DNA of 63,626 nucleotides, the filler included, from Bigelowiella natans CCMP2755 (Eukaryota > Protista > Cercozoa), in the NCBI GenBank assembly GCA_000320545.1. It is 10 parts of 10 records of this genome, joined end to end, with 100 filler letters (N's around TTAATTAATTAA, not from the genome) between each part and the next. Parts side by side here need not be neighbours in the genome. Positions count along the whole stretch, not along the records: positions 36,522 to 40,708 come from ADNK01001495.1; positions 40,809 to 42,610 come from ADNK01001763.1; positions 42,711 to 44,141 come from ADNK01000961.1; positions 44,242 to 52,750 come from ADNK01001714.1; 6 more parts are not named here. One strand, given 5' to 3'. Shown one piece after another: positions 37,228 through 49,851 of this stretch. The stretch's first letter is position 1. The number at the start of each line of letters is the position of its first letter. Below the pieces are notes generated by a model. That model made no database searches. It worked only from the letters and a program-made list of their open reading frames with translations, and was not told the origin of the DNA. A program made the position numbers and the translations under genes.

Positions 37228-40145
37228 TGATTGATATAAATAATAACATTCGGCAAACGTAAAAAATTAACATACTCATCATTCTTGCAACAATCGTTTC
37301 ATGTCGTATGCGACGCACTGCGCTGATGAAATGCTGGCGGGCATGCATCATCATCGCCGATATATACTGATGATTGCGTACGAGAGCAATCGTATCAGAT
37401 TCGATATCTTGCCTATTGCGAACCCACACACCATGCGCCGCAGCTAGAAAGAAGCGCCACCTAGATGTACGTGACGTTCCACAACCGAACTGGCGGCAGT
37501 CGGCATAACGTTACGAAAGTGTGCGCGTTGTTCGTCATAACTTTTCCGGTTTGACAATCGTATAGTGGCAGGTGTACTGCGCTACTTGCTGCCTTTCCCC
37601 CGCCCCCTCGACGGCGAAAAGGGTGATCTATTCATTAGGGGCCAACAAACTCAGTTAATTTGCAATCTGCTATGAAAAGAGATCAGATGCGCGCTCGCGC
37701 ATAAACAAGTGGGCAAAAAAGGCTGTTCCAAATCCATTCGCGTTTTTTATATCGTGTCTTCTTATCTAGACCACGCCCTCCTCCCTTCCTCGCTCTCTTT
37801 TCATATCGCCGCAGCACTCATGACGACCACCTCAGTCTTCAGGTACACGGCGGTGGCTTGTTTCTTCCCATTTCCGATGTCGCTTTGAGCTGTGAGAACA
37901 GCCTTCTGCTCATCGTCTGCAAGGAGGCAATGCAATCACCAACGAATCGAGAAGCAATGTCAAGCCAGCGCCACACACTACACACCACACACCACAGGCC
38001 CGCACGCAAGTATGTAGAGTACAAATTCATGCGCGGTTGAACGTTTTGGGGAGGGGGGGGGTGGGGGGGGAGGGATTTTGGCAATTCATTTGTTGGCATT
38101 GCTCTTTCTCTCCTCTCACCACCGTCGCTGCTGCCGTCACGATGATGATATAATAGTCATCATCCTTAATAGCATCATCATCATGGCGTCAAGCTTCCAT
38201 TTTTTATGTTGAATTCGCATGCTCTCAGGGCTGAGCTTTGCAGTGTAATGGAAGATCCCCTATTTCTTCGCAATATATTCCGCACCAAAACGACCTTTGC
38301 CTTGGAGGTTTTCGGCGATAACTTGCTCCTCCTCCGTTCCTGAAGAGTATAGTCATTTTTCACACTGAAATGACACGCACTGATAACCATCATCACTTTG
38401 CTTTTTGAATAAAAACTTCAAAGACTCGTGCCGCTCACTATTCTTTCATGCTGCCTAAACGTCGCGCCACTACCAGAGTGCCACCAGTCCAAACGACCTA
38501 ATCGCCACTACGAGAAAATATCGAGTCGAAATCGTCAGCTTTCAGGACGAAGGAGAAGCGGGTAACTGCTGCTTACTACAGCACGTCATGTTGCACAGAA
38601 CTCGACTACCATCTTTTCAGTGAGGGTTATATATATCATAAGATGAAGAGAAGAGGAAAACAATGTTTACTCCTCGAAGGAGGAAGGGACTGGTAGAAAA
38701 GCAGTGAATTACGTATGTCTTTGCGACTTCGACCAGCTTCGTGGCATCCTTTGCGATCTTAAAGCTGAAATGCAATATCGATTAGCATTGTTTCCAGTCT
38801 ATACACCTTAAAGAATGCCATCGTCGCTTGATACTCTATAGATGACCCGCCCTCCAAGAAAACGGCAAATAAAATGCATGTCATCATTTTGTGGGGGGGG
38901 GGGACAGTGCCAATGCCACCCCTCAGCGGTTTGGCACCGGCCTCCAAGTGTCGGTAGTTAATGATTCAAAAATGAGGCGGATTTCATGAGGCGATGCGTT
39001 GAGTTCCACCCACTGAATCGTTTTTTGCTGAGACCACCCCAGCGGTATTTTCCGCCCGACTGTGAGCTCCTTTCCCACCTGAGAGACGGAAAATATACAC
39101 ATTCAATCGAATCGACCACTTAATGGGTCGCGGTGCACGTGAGGGCGCTACTACCTCCGGATACTTGTTTGCTACGAATTCCTAGAGAAAAACCAAGGGC
39201 CATGTAAGCATAAGATTAAATGAAAATAGACGTCGCGCTTATTTCAACAGGTGCAGAGGCGGGGGAGCCAACTTAGATTCCAATTGCGCTTCTTCCCATC
39301 ACCTTTCCTTTGCCCTCCGCCTCGTAGTAGCGTACATCGGCACTGAGCACAAAATGGTACAACATGAGCTGGCAAAACCACTACCCACCATTTGCTCCTC
39401 GATAAGATCACCAGCCTTCTCAAAGATACAACAAACCCTGCATCCCTCTCCTCCCCCCCCCCTCCCCCCCCCCTTAGAACCTGATGAGCTGGAAGCCGAA
39501 GGTCGCAGAGCCCTCCTGCTCAGACATTCTGATTTCTGATGATGTTTCCGTTTCAGATCCACGGGCGGTTTTTGCATTCGTAGGAAAAGCCGAATAACAG
39601 CGATCCTACACTAATATACGCCAAATTAGTATGAAATTGCATGTGTTACATAGTACGTCGGACTGTAGGATGTCGCACGTAAATTTCAGGTTTCTTTTCT
39701 GGCAGATGAAACCGGAGTCGGAGGAAAATGGACTTCATTTTCGACAAATGATTCTGGCAAATATTCATCGAGAGAACTTCGTAGAATAGGGGGGAGGGAA
39801 TAAAAGGAGGCAATTTCGACGAAGGCAGGGCGCCATTCTTCGGTAGTCCCCCGGTCCCCCGTCCAGACTGAAGAGCCCGAGCGAGCAAAGTGGGAGGGGG
39901 GAAGATGCCGTCGTCGGCCGCCTCGGAGCAAAAGGAGCTGAAGAGGAAAATTAAGGATCTCATTACCAAAAGGTGGGTTGGTGTTTTATTGGGCTTTATA
40001 GAACGTGGCGCGGGCAGCCATGTGTCCTTACTTGCTCTCCCCCATTTATTCGCAGGAACGCCCAGCAGAGGGACTTTGATGAGCTCCAAAAGTTCTGCGA
40101 AAGTTTGAACCTTACACTTTCACCACACACATGCACACACAAACT

Positions 40146-40186
<41 letters not shown>

Positions 40187-40415
40187 TCTAAAACACACAC
40201 ACACAGAGAGAGAGAGACACACGCACACACCAACACCATACGCCGCCATTCACATCAATTCATACACTTCTATGCAACGTTTGTTCCAAATGGGAAGTAA
40301 TCGGTGGTTTCTCGCTCCCATTTACCACACAAAATCCGAACTCCTCTGCGACGCCTCCAATGATCCTACACTAATCCTGCCAATTAACATCCATGTCCCA
40401 CCCCCCCCCCCCCGC

Positions 40416-40459
<44 letters not shown>

Positions 40460-40708
40460 GACAACGACAATGACAACCTTCCCAATGCCCGGACCCTAAA
40501 AAAGAAGACATTTCCGCCCCTCTCAGATAGAGATCGTGATGATGATGATTTGGTTGTTGGATGAGTAGCATTAGAAAAGGGAACAATTGTTTTGTATCTG
40601 TCACTACTACGATTGATGACGACGTTGATGACGATGCTAATAAAGGCCGGGTTCCGCATCCTAGGGGTTCCCCATGGGCTCTGCGATTTTGTGGAGTGTG
40701 TGGGTTTG

Positions 40709-40808
40709 NNNNNNNNNNNNNNNNNNNNNNNNNNNNNNNNNNNNNNNNNNNNTTAATTAATTAANNNNNNNNNNNNNNNNNNNNNNNNNNNNNNNNNNNN
40801 NNNNNNNN
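40709..40808. other. Artificial contig spacer
   Basis: N44-TTAATTAATTAA-N44. Confidence 0.98.
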
Positions 40809-41099
40809 ACGCTCCTGAAGCTGTGGGCGCAACACTATGTAACCAGTTATGCTGATTAAGAAAAATTCTGCAAGGGTGCAAGGACCCTCTCCCCGAACAA
40901 CCCCATACGAGTAGAAACCCTTACACCCCCCCCCCCCCCCCCCCCCCCAAGTTCCCCCCCCCCCAAAACCAAACCCCCCCAAAAAAAAGCCGGGGGGCTC
41001 TTGGCCCCCCCCCCCCCCCCCGCCCTTTTTGGATTACTTTAAAGGGAAATTAGCCATTTCCCCCCCCCCCCCCCCCCCTTTTCCTATCCTCCTAACTAG

Positions 41100-41907
41100 A
41101 TTCCGGAAGTTCCTAGAGGAGAAGCGCAAAACGGTGCTATTCTTGAAACAGAAGCAGCAGTAGCAATAGCAGTAGTAAATAGCAACCGCCACTGTATGGA
41201 CGCATTTGTGCATGCTACGGAGGACAGAGAGGGAAGTATATACGAGCAGTCTTGGGGGGGGGGGAGAGAAAATGCTGACTTCGTCTTTATGTTAACCTCA
41301 CACATCAGGGAGGAAGCGGCGAGTCCTTGAGCTCCCTGCTCATTATTCAGGTCGTATCGTATATCAGGCGTGGGAACTATGGTGTGGGGGGGGGAGGGGG
41401 GGTTGCGAGGGTATACTCAACTAAAGTGATGATCTCCGTGATGGCCGAAATCGCATGACTGACTAAGGCCCTGTCTTTTCAGATTACTCGGCCACTCAAG
41501 TACGAGCTTCTATTGAAAGAGGTAGGTGTAATGCCATTGTCAAAGGGGCAGAGATTACTTCAAAGTAACCCCCTACTGCAGTTGTGCGAGAAAGGCATCT
41601 AACGCACGCTCCGCTTCTTCAACTCCTCCTCCTTCTCCTCCTCTGAACATCCCTATTCCCTTAGCTAATCAAACACGCCCCGAAGGATAAGATTCATTTG
41701 CGTGAGGAGCTTATCGAAACGCAAAATAGAGTACGTACCTAACCAACAGCCCCCCCCCCCCCTCTTCCATTCATCTTAATTCATCACCATACATGCTACG
41801 CGCCAACCTCATTTTGAGTGCTCGCTCGCTTTTATGGTGCCATCTTCGCGCAGATCCGGGCATTCAGCAAGGAAGTGAATGCGGTAAAGAACAGCTCTTT
41901 GGAGAGA

Positions 41908-41943
<36 letters not shown>

Positions 41944-42190
41944 AGATCAAAAGATAGTGCGGGAGGACTGCTCTCATACTGACAGAGACGCCAGTCCCCT
42001 GATGCGTCTTGTCGTCTACCCATCCCCGTGATATGCACACCAGCACAGAATATGCGAGCGTGAAAGGAGAGCATCTTCCTCGCTCGGTTTTCCTTTGAAT
42101 AACAATACGCACCTTCTCTTGCAGCACGTTGATGTGGAACGAGCAGATAAGGTCGGCAAATGCAGAGGCTACCAACTTCTCCTCGATCAG
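41100..42190 (+). CDS. RhoGEF (Dbl-homology) domain fragment
   Basis: FRKFLGEKRKT|GGSGESLSSLLIIQ|ITRPLKYELLLKE|LIKHAPKDKIHLREELIETQNR|IRAFSKEVNA matches the DH CR3/alpha6 pattern L.SLLI.PVQR..KY.LLLKELLKHTP...VN. Confidence 0.78.
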
Positions 42191-42246
42191 GTGATGGCCG
42201 CGCCCCAACACACACACACACACACACATACACACACACACACACA

Positions 42247-42288
<42 letters not shown>

Positions 42289-42610
42289 CATACGCAGCTG
42301 TCCGCATCGGTTGCTCATACTCGACGATGAAGCTTTCCTCTCCCCCCCCCTGTTGATTTTTCCCCAAACGTCTTCAGTACAACGGGAGGTCGAGGCTGTT
42401 GGAGCCTCTAGGGCCTAACTTTCGGCTTTATGATGGAAAGCGGTAGCTGTAATATATAATCATGTCAAGTTGTGCGCTCGCGCGCGCGTGTATGTGTATG
42501 TCTGTGCGTGCGTGTGTGTGCGTGTGTGTGTCTGCGTGTCCACTTATCTCCATACCAAAAGTTCTCCTTGAGCAACTTTGACCGTTTGCCGCCCTTTCCT
42601 CCCCCTCCCC

Positions 42611-42710
42611 NNNNNNNNNNNNNNNNNNNNNNNNNNNNNNNNNNNNNNNNNNNNTTAATTAATTAANNNNNNNNNNNNNNNNNNNNNNNNNNNNNNNNNN
42701 NNNNNNNNNN
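42611..42710. other. Artificial contig spacer
   Basis: N44-TTAATTAATTAA-N44. Confidence 0.98.
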
Positions 42711-43018
42711 GAGGGAGAGAGAGAGAGAGAGACCCCCTTCTACTCCCCAACGTAATGAAAATTCCCTTTTTCCCCGAGGCCTTATGGCACCCCCCCGGAG
42801 AGGACTTGGGCCAAAGACGTCCTCAAAGATGTATAATTAGTAGTGTCCTCAGGAGGTAGGTGAGTGAGTAGTAGTAAGCAGAAAAGTAGGGGGGGGAGGA
42901 CGTGGTGGAGGAGGAGGAGGAGGAGGAGTGGCCATGCAGCCATAGAACAGTGGGTTATTTGAATTGTCCGTTCCGCCCCCCGCCTCTCCCCCCCAACAAT
43001 TAATTTTCGTTATTGCAG

Positions 43019-43164
43019 AAGGACGAACGCAGTTATGTCGATTGGAAGAAAAACACGGTTGTAAATCAAACACCAGTCAGTAATGTGCGATATGCATAAC
43101 ATGGGGGGCGAGGATAAAACCAACCCCGCGTCCCTGTATATGCGTGTATCCACACGTTTAACAT

Positions 43165-43205
<41 letters not shown>

Positions 43206-43916
43206 ATGTCCTACATGCCAATTCAATAATGTGTCTGCATGATGCGTGTGCTCATGATATACGACTGCGAAATTACAAAAGCCGTGTAAAATGGAAATAA
43301 TGTGTGGAATTCTCATCATCATTGATCGATCGTCGTTGTCGTGTGATAGATCCATCTGGCGTGGCGAAACTTCACGGATTCGAGTGGAAAGACTGTCCCA
43401 GAGTACGTCATGTTTTCTCCTCCTCCCCCTCCTCCTCCTCCTCCATCATCCACTGCTCACCTACTACTCTGATTTCGACTATTACTACTACTACAACTGC
43501 TGTTGCTGCTGCTACTACTACTACTACTACTACTACTACTATGCCTGCTTCACCTTCGTCTCATATGTCATCTTTCTCTTCTTTTCCTTCTTTTCCCTTT
43601 TTCTCTCTCTCTCTCTCTCCCTCCTCTGCTTTGTGCCAATGTGTGCTTTTGCCTCAAGTGCTGCTGCTAATGAGCTATGTGTGATGTGTCTTCTTCTTCT
43701 TCGGCGTCTTGTGCAATGAACATAGGTATGAGCCGGATGGACTACACGTCAGTGAGCGCTACTATGATGGATACAGTAGAGGGAGGGGGGGGGTAGAAAA
43801 GAAGAAGGGTTTAACCGAGCGTTGAGTAGCAGCTATGAATCAATCGTTGTTGCGCACACCATAATACTACATCAGGGATGGCAAGCTCCCCTAGTTGCGA
43901 AGATAATGAAGCTATG
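43019..43916 (+). CDS. Internal exons of an unidentified gene
   Basis: Phase-compatible exons KDERSYVDWKKNTV|IHLAWRNFTDSSGKTVPE|YEPDGLH|GWQAPLVAKIMKLW; no family recognised. Confidence 0.45.
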
Positions 43917-43964
43917 GTACGATACATGTGCACACCTTGGCAATGTGCTTGTCCCCAGAAATGA

Positions 43965-43998
<34 letters not shown>

Positions 43999-44141
43999 GT
44001 TTTTGTAGTTCTGGTAATTTGTAGTGGTAATAACAGGGAGAGCGATAAACATCCGATCAACATCGGCTAGTTCTTGCCAGAGGAGATGAACACGAAATCA
44101 ACGATGTGTGTGTGTGTATGTGTGCGTGTGTGTAATGGGTT

Positions 44142-44241
44142 NNNNNNNNNNNNNNNNNNNNNNNNNNNNNNNNNNNNNNNNNNNNTTAATTAATTAANNN
44201 NNNNNNNNNNNNNNNNNNNNNNNNNNNNNNNNNNNNNNNNN
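44142..44241. other. Artificial contig spacer
   Basis: N44-TTAATTAATTAA-N44. Confidence 0.98.
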
Positions 44242-44338
44242 GGGGGGGGGAGGCGGTAGTAGCGTAGAAAGTGAGGTGTGGATTTGAAAACGATTTTAGT
44301 AGAGCAGCCCTCTGAGAATGATCTCTCTCCAACGAATA

Positions 44339-44500
44339 CCTTCTTTCAAGGCACAGCCCGATCCAGTAGCGTGGGAGAAGAAGGCAAATAGCGGCCGTGA
44401 GAAATTCAGGTCATTGGACACCGATGAGGTCAGCTGGATGCAAAAGCAAACGAAAGGGGGGAGGAAGGGGAGGGGGGGGTAGAAAACAACGCGGATAAGG

Positions 44501-44538
<38 letters not shown>

Positions 44539-45409
44539 CATTATAGGAATGCTCCATACTTCACTCTATGCTCATCTTCCCTCCCCCCTCCCCACCGCAT
44601 GCAAGAAATCCAATGTGCTGCTCCCCCCGTTCGGTTGAACTCGTTTTGAGGGCAAGAGTAGTTGATGATGACGATGATGATGACGATGACGATGACGATG
44701 ATGATGATGATGATGATGGAGATCTACCGAAATAGGGTCACATGAAGCAATTCTCCGGGATGTATGGCCTTTTCGTCGCTTTTGCGCTGACGAACCCCAG
44801 GCCGGTGAGACACAGTGCGGAGTGCGTGCTGGCGAGACGTTCCATTTCGCAGTGATGATTCCAATGCTGAGAAGACATGTTTGCCGCCACCTGGCTGCTA
44901 GCTGGTGGCGTCGCTGCTGCCGCTGATTTGGTTGTGTTTTCTTGCTGAAAAAACGGTAGGATGAGCTGATGGAACTTCCTCGAAACTCGAGTATGCACGC
45001 TCCTTCGAAATCCATTCTTTTGCGGCTGTAGTAGTAGTGGTGCCAGTCGTTGTTGTGAGGGTGGACCTTCTTCCTCCTTCTTCTTTTCCTTCTTCTCCTT
45101 CTTCTTCTTCTTCTTTTTCTTGTGGAGACCTCGATGAAGTGTGTGCGTAATGTCGGTGTATTGTCCGGAGCACGCTGGACCGTTACCAATGATGCTGTGC
45201 CTTCAGCATTCAGATAGCCCGGCGTCTTCTACTCCTTGCGTGTCCTCGCGACGATGATGATGATGATGGTGATGGTGATACTGAGATGCACACGTGCGAC
45301 ATGCGTACATTTAGGAGAATTCTATGGCAGAATTGTCTTTGGCCAGATGGTTGTAATTGGTGCGTATATTCACACACGCATTTATACACACAAACACACA
45401 CACACACAC

Positions 45410-45457
<48 letters not shown>

Positions 45458-45505
45458 TGATATTGATATGTACAGCAATATTGAGATATATAAACTCAGG
45501 CGCAT

Positions 45506-45539
<34 letters not shown>

Positions 45540-45586
45540 TCAACTAGCAATAAGTTATGATATTATATATACATCTTTATATATAC

Positions 45587-45625
<39 letters not shown>

Positions 45626-46018
45626 GTGTGTGTGTGTGTGTGTGTGTATATTCATTTATTCGCCATATTAAAAGAAAGAGATGTCACTCACATAGTAATG
45701 GTAAATCTAGGAGTCTTTCTTGGCATTGCCTCAATTTCGCCGAAGACGCCACCGCTAATGATGCACGTATTTCGCAGCATTCAATACGCGTAAGTCCTCC
45801 TTCGTAATAGTTGACGATGATGCAACGACGAGGGGCATTGTATTCACCCAGCTGGCCAGTTTCGAATGCTTGCAAAGAGAGAAGAGATATTGAACGATTG
45901 GTTGTTGCTTGACGTCGTAGCCCTCCCACTCCCCCCCGCCCTCGCACTCCTTCAACAAGTAATCGTCGTTTTTGTTTAGGTCCGTCCCTATAGTGACATA
46001 TTTCCTCTCCCCTCCCAT
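44339..46018 (-). CDS. Multi-exon gene of unknown function (not fully resolved)
   Basis: Exon-like segments between microsatellite introns (GGERKYVTIGTDLNKNDDYLLKE; LTSSVSNDLNFSRPLFAFFSHATGSGCALKE); no domain recognised. Confidence 0.35.
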
Positions 46019-46081
46019 TTTTAAGAGGTAGCAATATTGTGGTAGTAGTTGTAGTAATAGTAGCGGCGAACAGACGAATTC

Positions 46082-46135
<54 letters not shown>

Positions 46136-47097
46136 GTTTATCTCATGTGTATATATTGCGAAATTGCGCTTATTGTTACCTTCGAAATGTGATCAATGCA
46201 ATATTTGGATAATAGTTTGGGGCTGCTATCAGAGGAAGCTACGATGCACATAGAATAGTAGCAGCAGTAGCAGCACAAGGTGATTACATACAAACATTTG
46301 TGTACTCAATTTCTGTCACCTCCCACGAGCAGCGAAAGCAAAAAGCAAGAAATTTCAACACAAGGGCTTAAAACTTCAGAATGAGTGTGAAAAAGGAAAT
46401 TTTGGTGCATGCGACTCGAGGTGTCCTCATGTCGAATGGTTAGGTCACAATCGCGTGAGAGTTCTGTTGCATGCGCTGCGTTTTTGTGTCATTTGTTTGA
46501 CATGCAGCTGCATGTCATTCCATTTGTTGAACGTTCATGTCAACATGGCACACTGTGAGCCATCTGATGTGTGTTTTGCGTCTGTGTCTTGCGCGCACGT
46601 GGCGTTCATCGTTCATTTGTGAACATGAACCATTGATGTGAAGCATGTGATCACATCTGCCACCATGTGTGGACGCATGGCGCACACAGCTGCATCTTGA
46701 GAATCCGCCAATGATCCGCCAATGGAGCTGCGCAGTTGTTGTGACGCACGAGGTATAGTGCCGATGCCATTAGCACCAACAAAGTGACGCCTCAGACTCC
46801 ACTAGTTTAACTCAAGCTGGCAAGCGTGTGTGATGTGCATGCAATGAGTGTGACGTTTGTTCGATTGACGTTTGTTGCTGTGCACGTGCACACGTTGCTA
46901 GCTAGCTAGATTCGTTGTGCAGATCTTGCACAGAAGACTTCAAGAGACCGAAGCACTTCTTCAGTTCCTGGACCATTCGGCTGTTCTCTTTCGCCTCGTC
47001 CAAGACAGAGCACATCTAATCGCAGGTCTCCAAGATTTCGCCCACTGACCACATGCTGCTATGCTCGTGAGGAGATCCCATTTTCTTGAACCTTTAG

Positions 47098-48269
47098 ACT
47101 GACTTATTTAAACTTAGATCCGAAATTTCGATGTCGCATCGTGCAAATGGCAGTGCATTTCTGAACAATGTATTCAGGTTGTCGCACCATGTGAATGGCA
47201 TTCGATTTCTGAAAGATGTGTTCCGGAGCGGGAAAGTTCTTGGAACACCTCCACACTGGCCCCCGTCATGGCGAGTACGCGAGATGTTGCCAACGACGAT
47301 GACGACGGCGAAGAGAAGGCTGCAGCTCCAAGCGAGAAGAAAGTAAACTCTAGCGTGCGATGGCGACCTACGCAAATCATGTTGCTAAAATCAGGTGAAA
47401 CCCGTGAGGATCTGTAAGAAAAGGAAACTAAAGTCTTATGAACCCTTGGATTTACCGAAGCTCGATGCTGTGCTTAGCGAGCTCAAACTACAGCGGTGAC
47501 TTGCTTCGACGGATCTATGTGAACGTGAAAACTGACGATTATTCTGCTTAAAAACTAGTTATAACGAAGTGTTCGAGAAGCACAATCTGAGCGTCACTTC
47601 TCTAATGGAGATGCTTGCAACGGAGGAGGTGTGGCTTTTGCTAGTTTGGCCAAAACTCTCGTCAAGTCCTGTTTAGTCATGATGATTCAACATAACACAT
47701 TCCACTTTTTTTTGGTAGGAATGGACCGCTCAAATTTTGGGCCTTGGAGTGAAGAAAGGTCACGCTGTGCGATTACGGAGAGAGATCCGAAAATACGAGC
47801 TGTGTTGGAGAAAGGATGCTGAAGTCCAAAAGAGATTTGTACTTGGGAGGCGCGCACTCGTGCGAACATCGGGATATGAAGGTTATGAATGTTGGCATGA
47901 AGGGCGCCTGGTGGAGGTCAAACGAGTAGACAATGCAGATGGAGAGTCTACGTGGGAGCTGGGAATACAGCACCCTCTCTGCGTCTCCAACCCAGCAATG
48001 TGAGTGTGCCTTGACATCAACTTCGAGCACTGAACAGCCATTCTTACTCCACAAATATGCTATATTTATATTTTTGTGGTATATCCCTAGCATTAAGTTT
48101 CTATTGGAAGATGAAGGCGAGAAATTCTCGCTGCCCGCGGAGCCCCTTGAACTAGGGATGGCCAAGGGCGCTAGGGTTATCAGCTGTTTTTCAGACGAAT
48201 CAGTCTCCGGCGGATGGGCTTGGTAGCCTTTTTCTTTAGTAGCCCCTATCTCTCTGGATCGTTTTAGAA

Positions 48270-48301
<32 letters not shown>

Positions 48302-48695
48302 GTCTCTCTATCTCGCGTGCATGTGCGTCAGGTACGAGGGCGATGTGCTAGAGTGGGACGGCAAAACAGCTAGAGTGCGCTACACGGACGGCATCGAATG
48401 GGAGCACCCGTATCCGCTACAGCTGGAGATGTTGGATATAGAGAAAAGCGAGGAAGTGTTGAGTACAAAAATCGTGACTGACCTGGGGAATGAGGAAGCG
48501 AGCATCCTTCCACTCTTAGTCATACAGTCTCCTTTGCTGGCCTCCTCAAAGGGGAGCAATCAGGGAGAAATAAAGTAGTAGGCTTTGGAGGAGAAGCTAT
48601 TGACGACGGGTGATTCGATCAGAAGTGAGAGTTCTTCGAGCGGTAGATCTACTACTGGCGGGTCGCCAACCAATCAATCGATTGAAAGTTCCTAA
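47098..48695 (+). CDS. SAM-domain plus Tudor/Agenet-like domain protein; 5' end unresolved
   Basis: LDAVLSELKLQR|YNEVFEKHNLSVTSLMEMLATEE|EWTAQILGLGVKKGHAVRLRREI is SAM-like (L..L.L..Y...F, LG+..GH..R+). Two beta-barrel-like segments follow: GRRALVR...WHEGRLVEV and GARVISCF...W|YEGDVLEWDGKTARVRYTDGIEWE. Confidence 0.68.
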
Positions 48696-49444
48696 AGCGC
48701 CGAATGGAGTCGACAAAAGAGAGGGTCCAATTTGGACTTCTCAACTCCCTTAGATATATCGATTTCCGCGGAGCGCTTACCGTAGCAGTGGATTAATTGG
48801 TGCTAGTTATCGAATCATCTTGGTTTATTTCTTCCAAAATCTGCAATAGTCCCTTTACTGCGGCAGAGAGATCTAGAGATGGATGGCGTTGGTGGTATGG
48901 TATAGCTGTCCGTGTGCAGTAGGCACTACACTTGTCAATTTGCTGATGCTGAGCCCATGTTGTGTTTCTTCATATCTACTAGTCTATATGTGAGGCATCA
49001 TTAGACGCATGTGCAAGTATATGCGTGCAAACAACATGTAGCCGTCGGAAGTGTTAGACCTTAGAGCCGGTTGACACGTGCATGCACTACGACGTACATG
49101 TTAGCATGCTACAAAGGAATGTGCATGCGCTTGCTGCAACTTGTATATACGTAAACAAATTGCTGGCACTTTAGCTTTCCCAAGCTAAGCACTCTTGTTG
49201 TCGTCGTTGTCACAAGTCATTTCCATGCGCGTATGTGGCGTCACATGTATGTGTGCGTAGGCCAAATGTAAAGCCGTGCGTGAGATGGCGAGCGAGCGAT
49301 GATGTACTCACAACATATTTCACAATAATGGCAGCAACGTCTAGACGTGGCCGATATGCAAAGCGGTGTACATGCAAAGCAAGCAAGACGCAACTCTAGA
49401 ACTCTGCTTTTGCAACTGGATGCAATGGTAAATTCAGAGTATAT

Positions 49445-49738
49445 CTACTTCTGCTTAGCTACATATTTGACTTTCGCCAGGAGTTTCTCCATGTCGTCGT
49501 CGGCAATCCTGTAATATGACAGTCATAGGGTCAATGAATTCAGGCATGAGTAATATGCGCCATCGTGAGAAAGAAAACTCCGGATGAATGACGATAATCG
49601 GTAACGTACGTCCATTTCGTGAAAAGGCCGCAAAACTGCTCGAAGGTAATAGTATCTCCTCCAAGCTCATCGATCATCATTGCGACCTGGTAGTAGTATT
49701 TTTCACGATTTGCGCGTTAGAAATATTCTGTTTGCACA

Positions 49739-49783
<45 letters not shown>

Positions 49784-49813
49784 TTATAATATACATATGT
49801 ATATATGTGTGTA

Positions 49814-49851
<38 letters not shown>

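Noticed and set aside
37840-40110. Small genes on both strands (MAFFKIAKDATKLVEVAKTY; SEQKELKRKIKDLITKRNAQQRDF)
   Set aside because: Exon-like, but no consistent spliced model or family assignment could be made.
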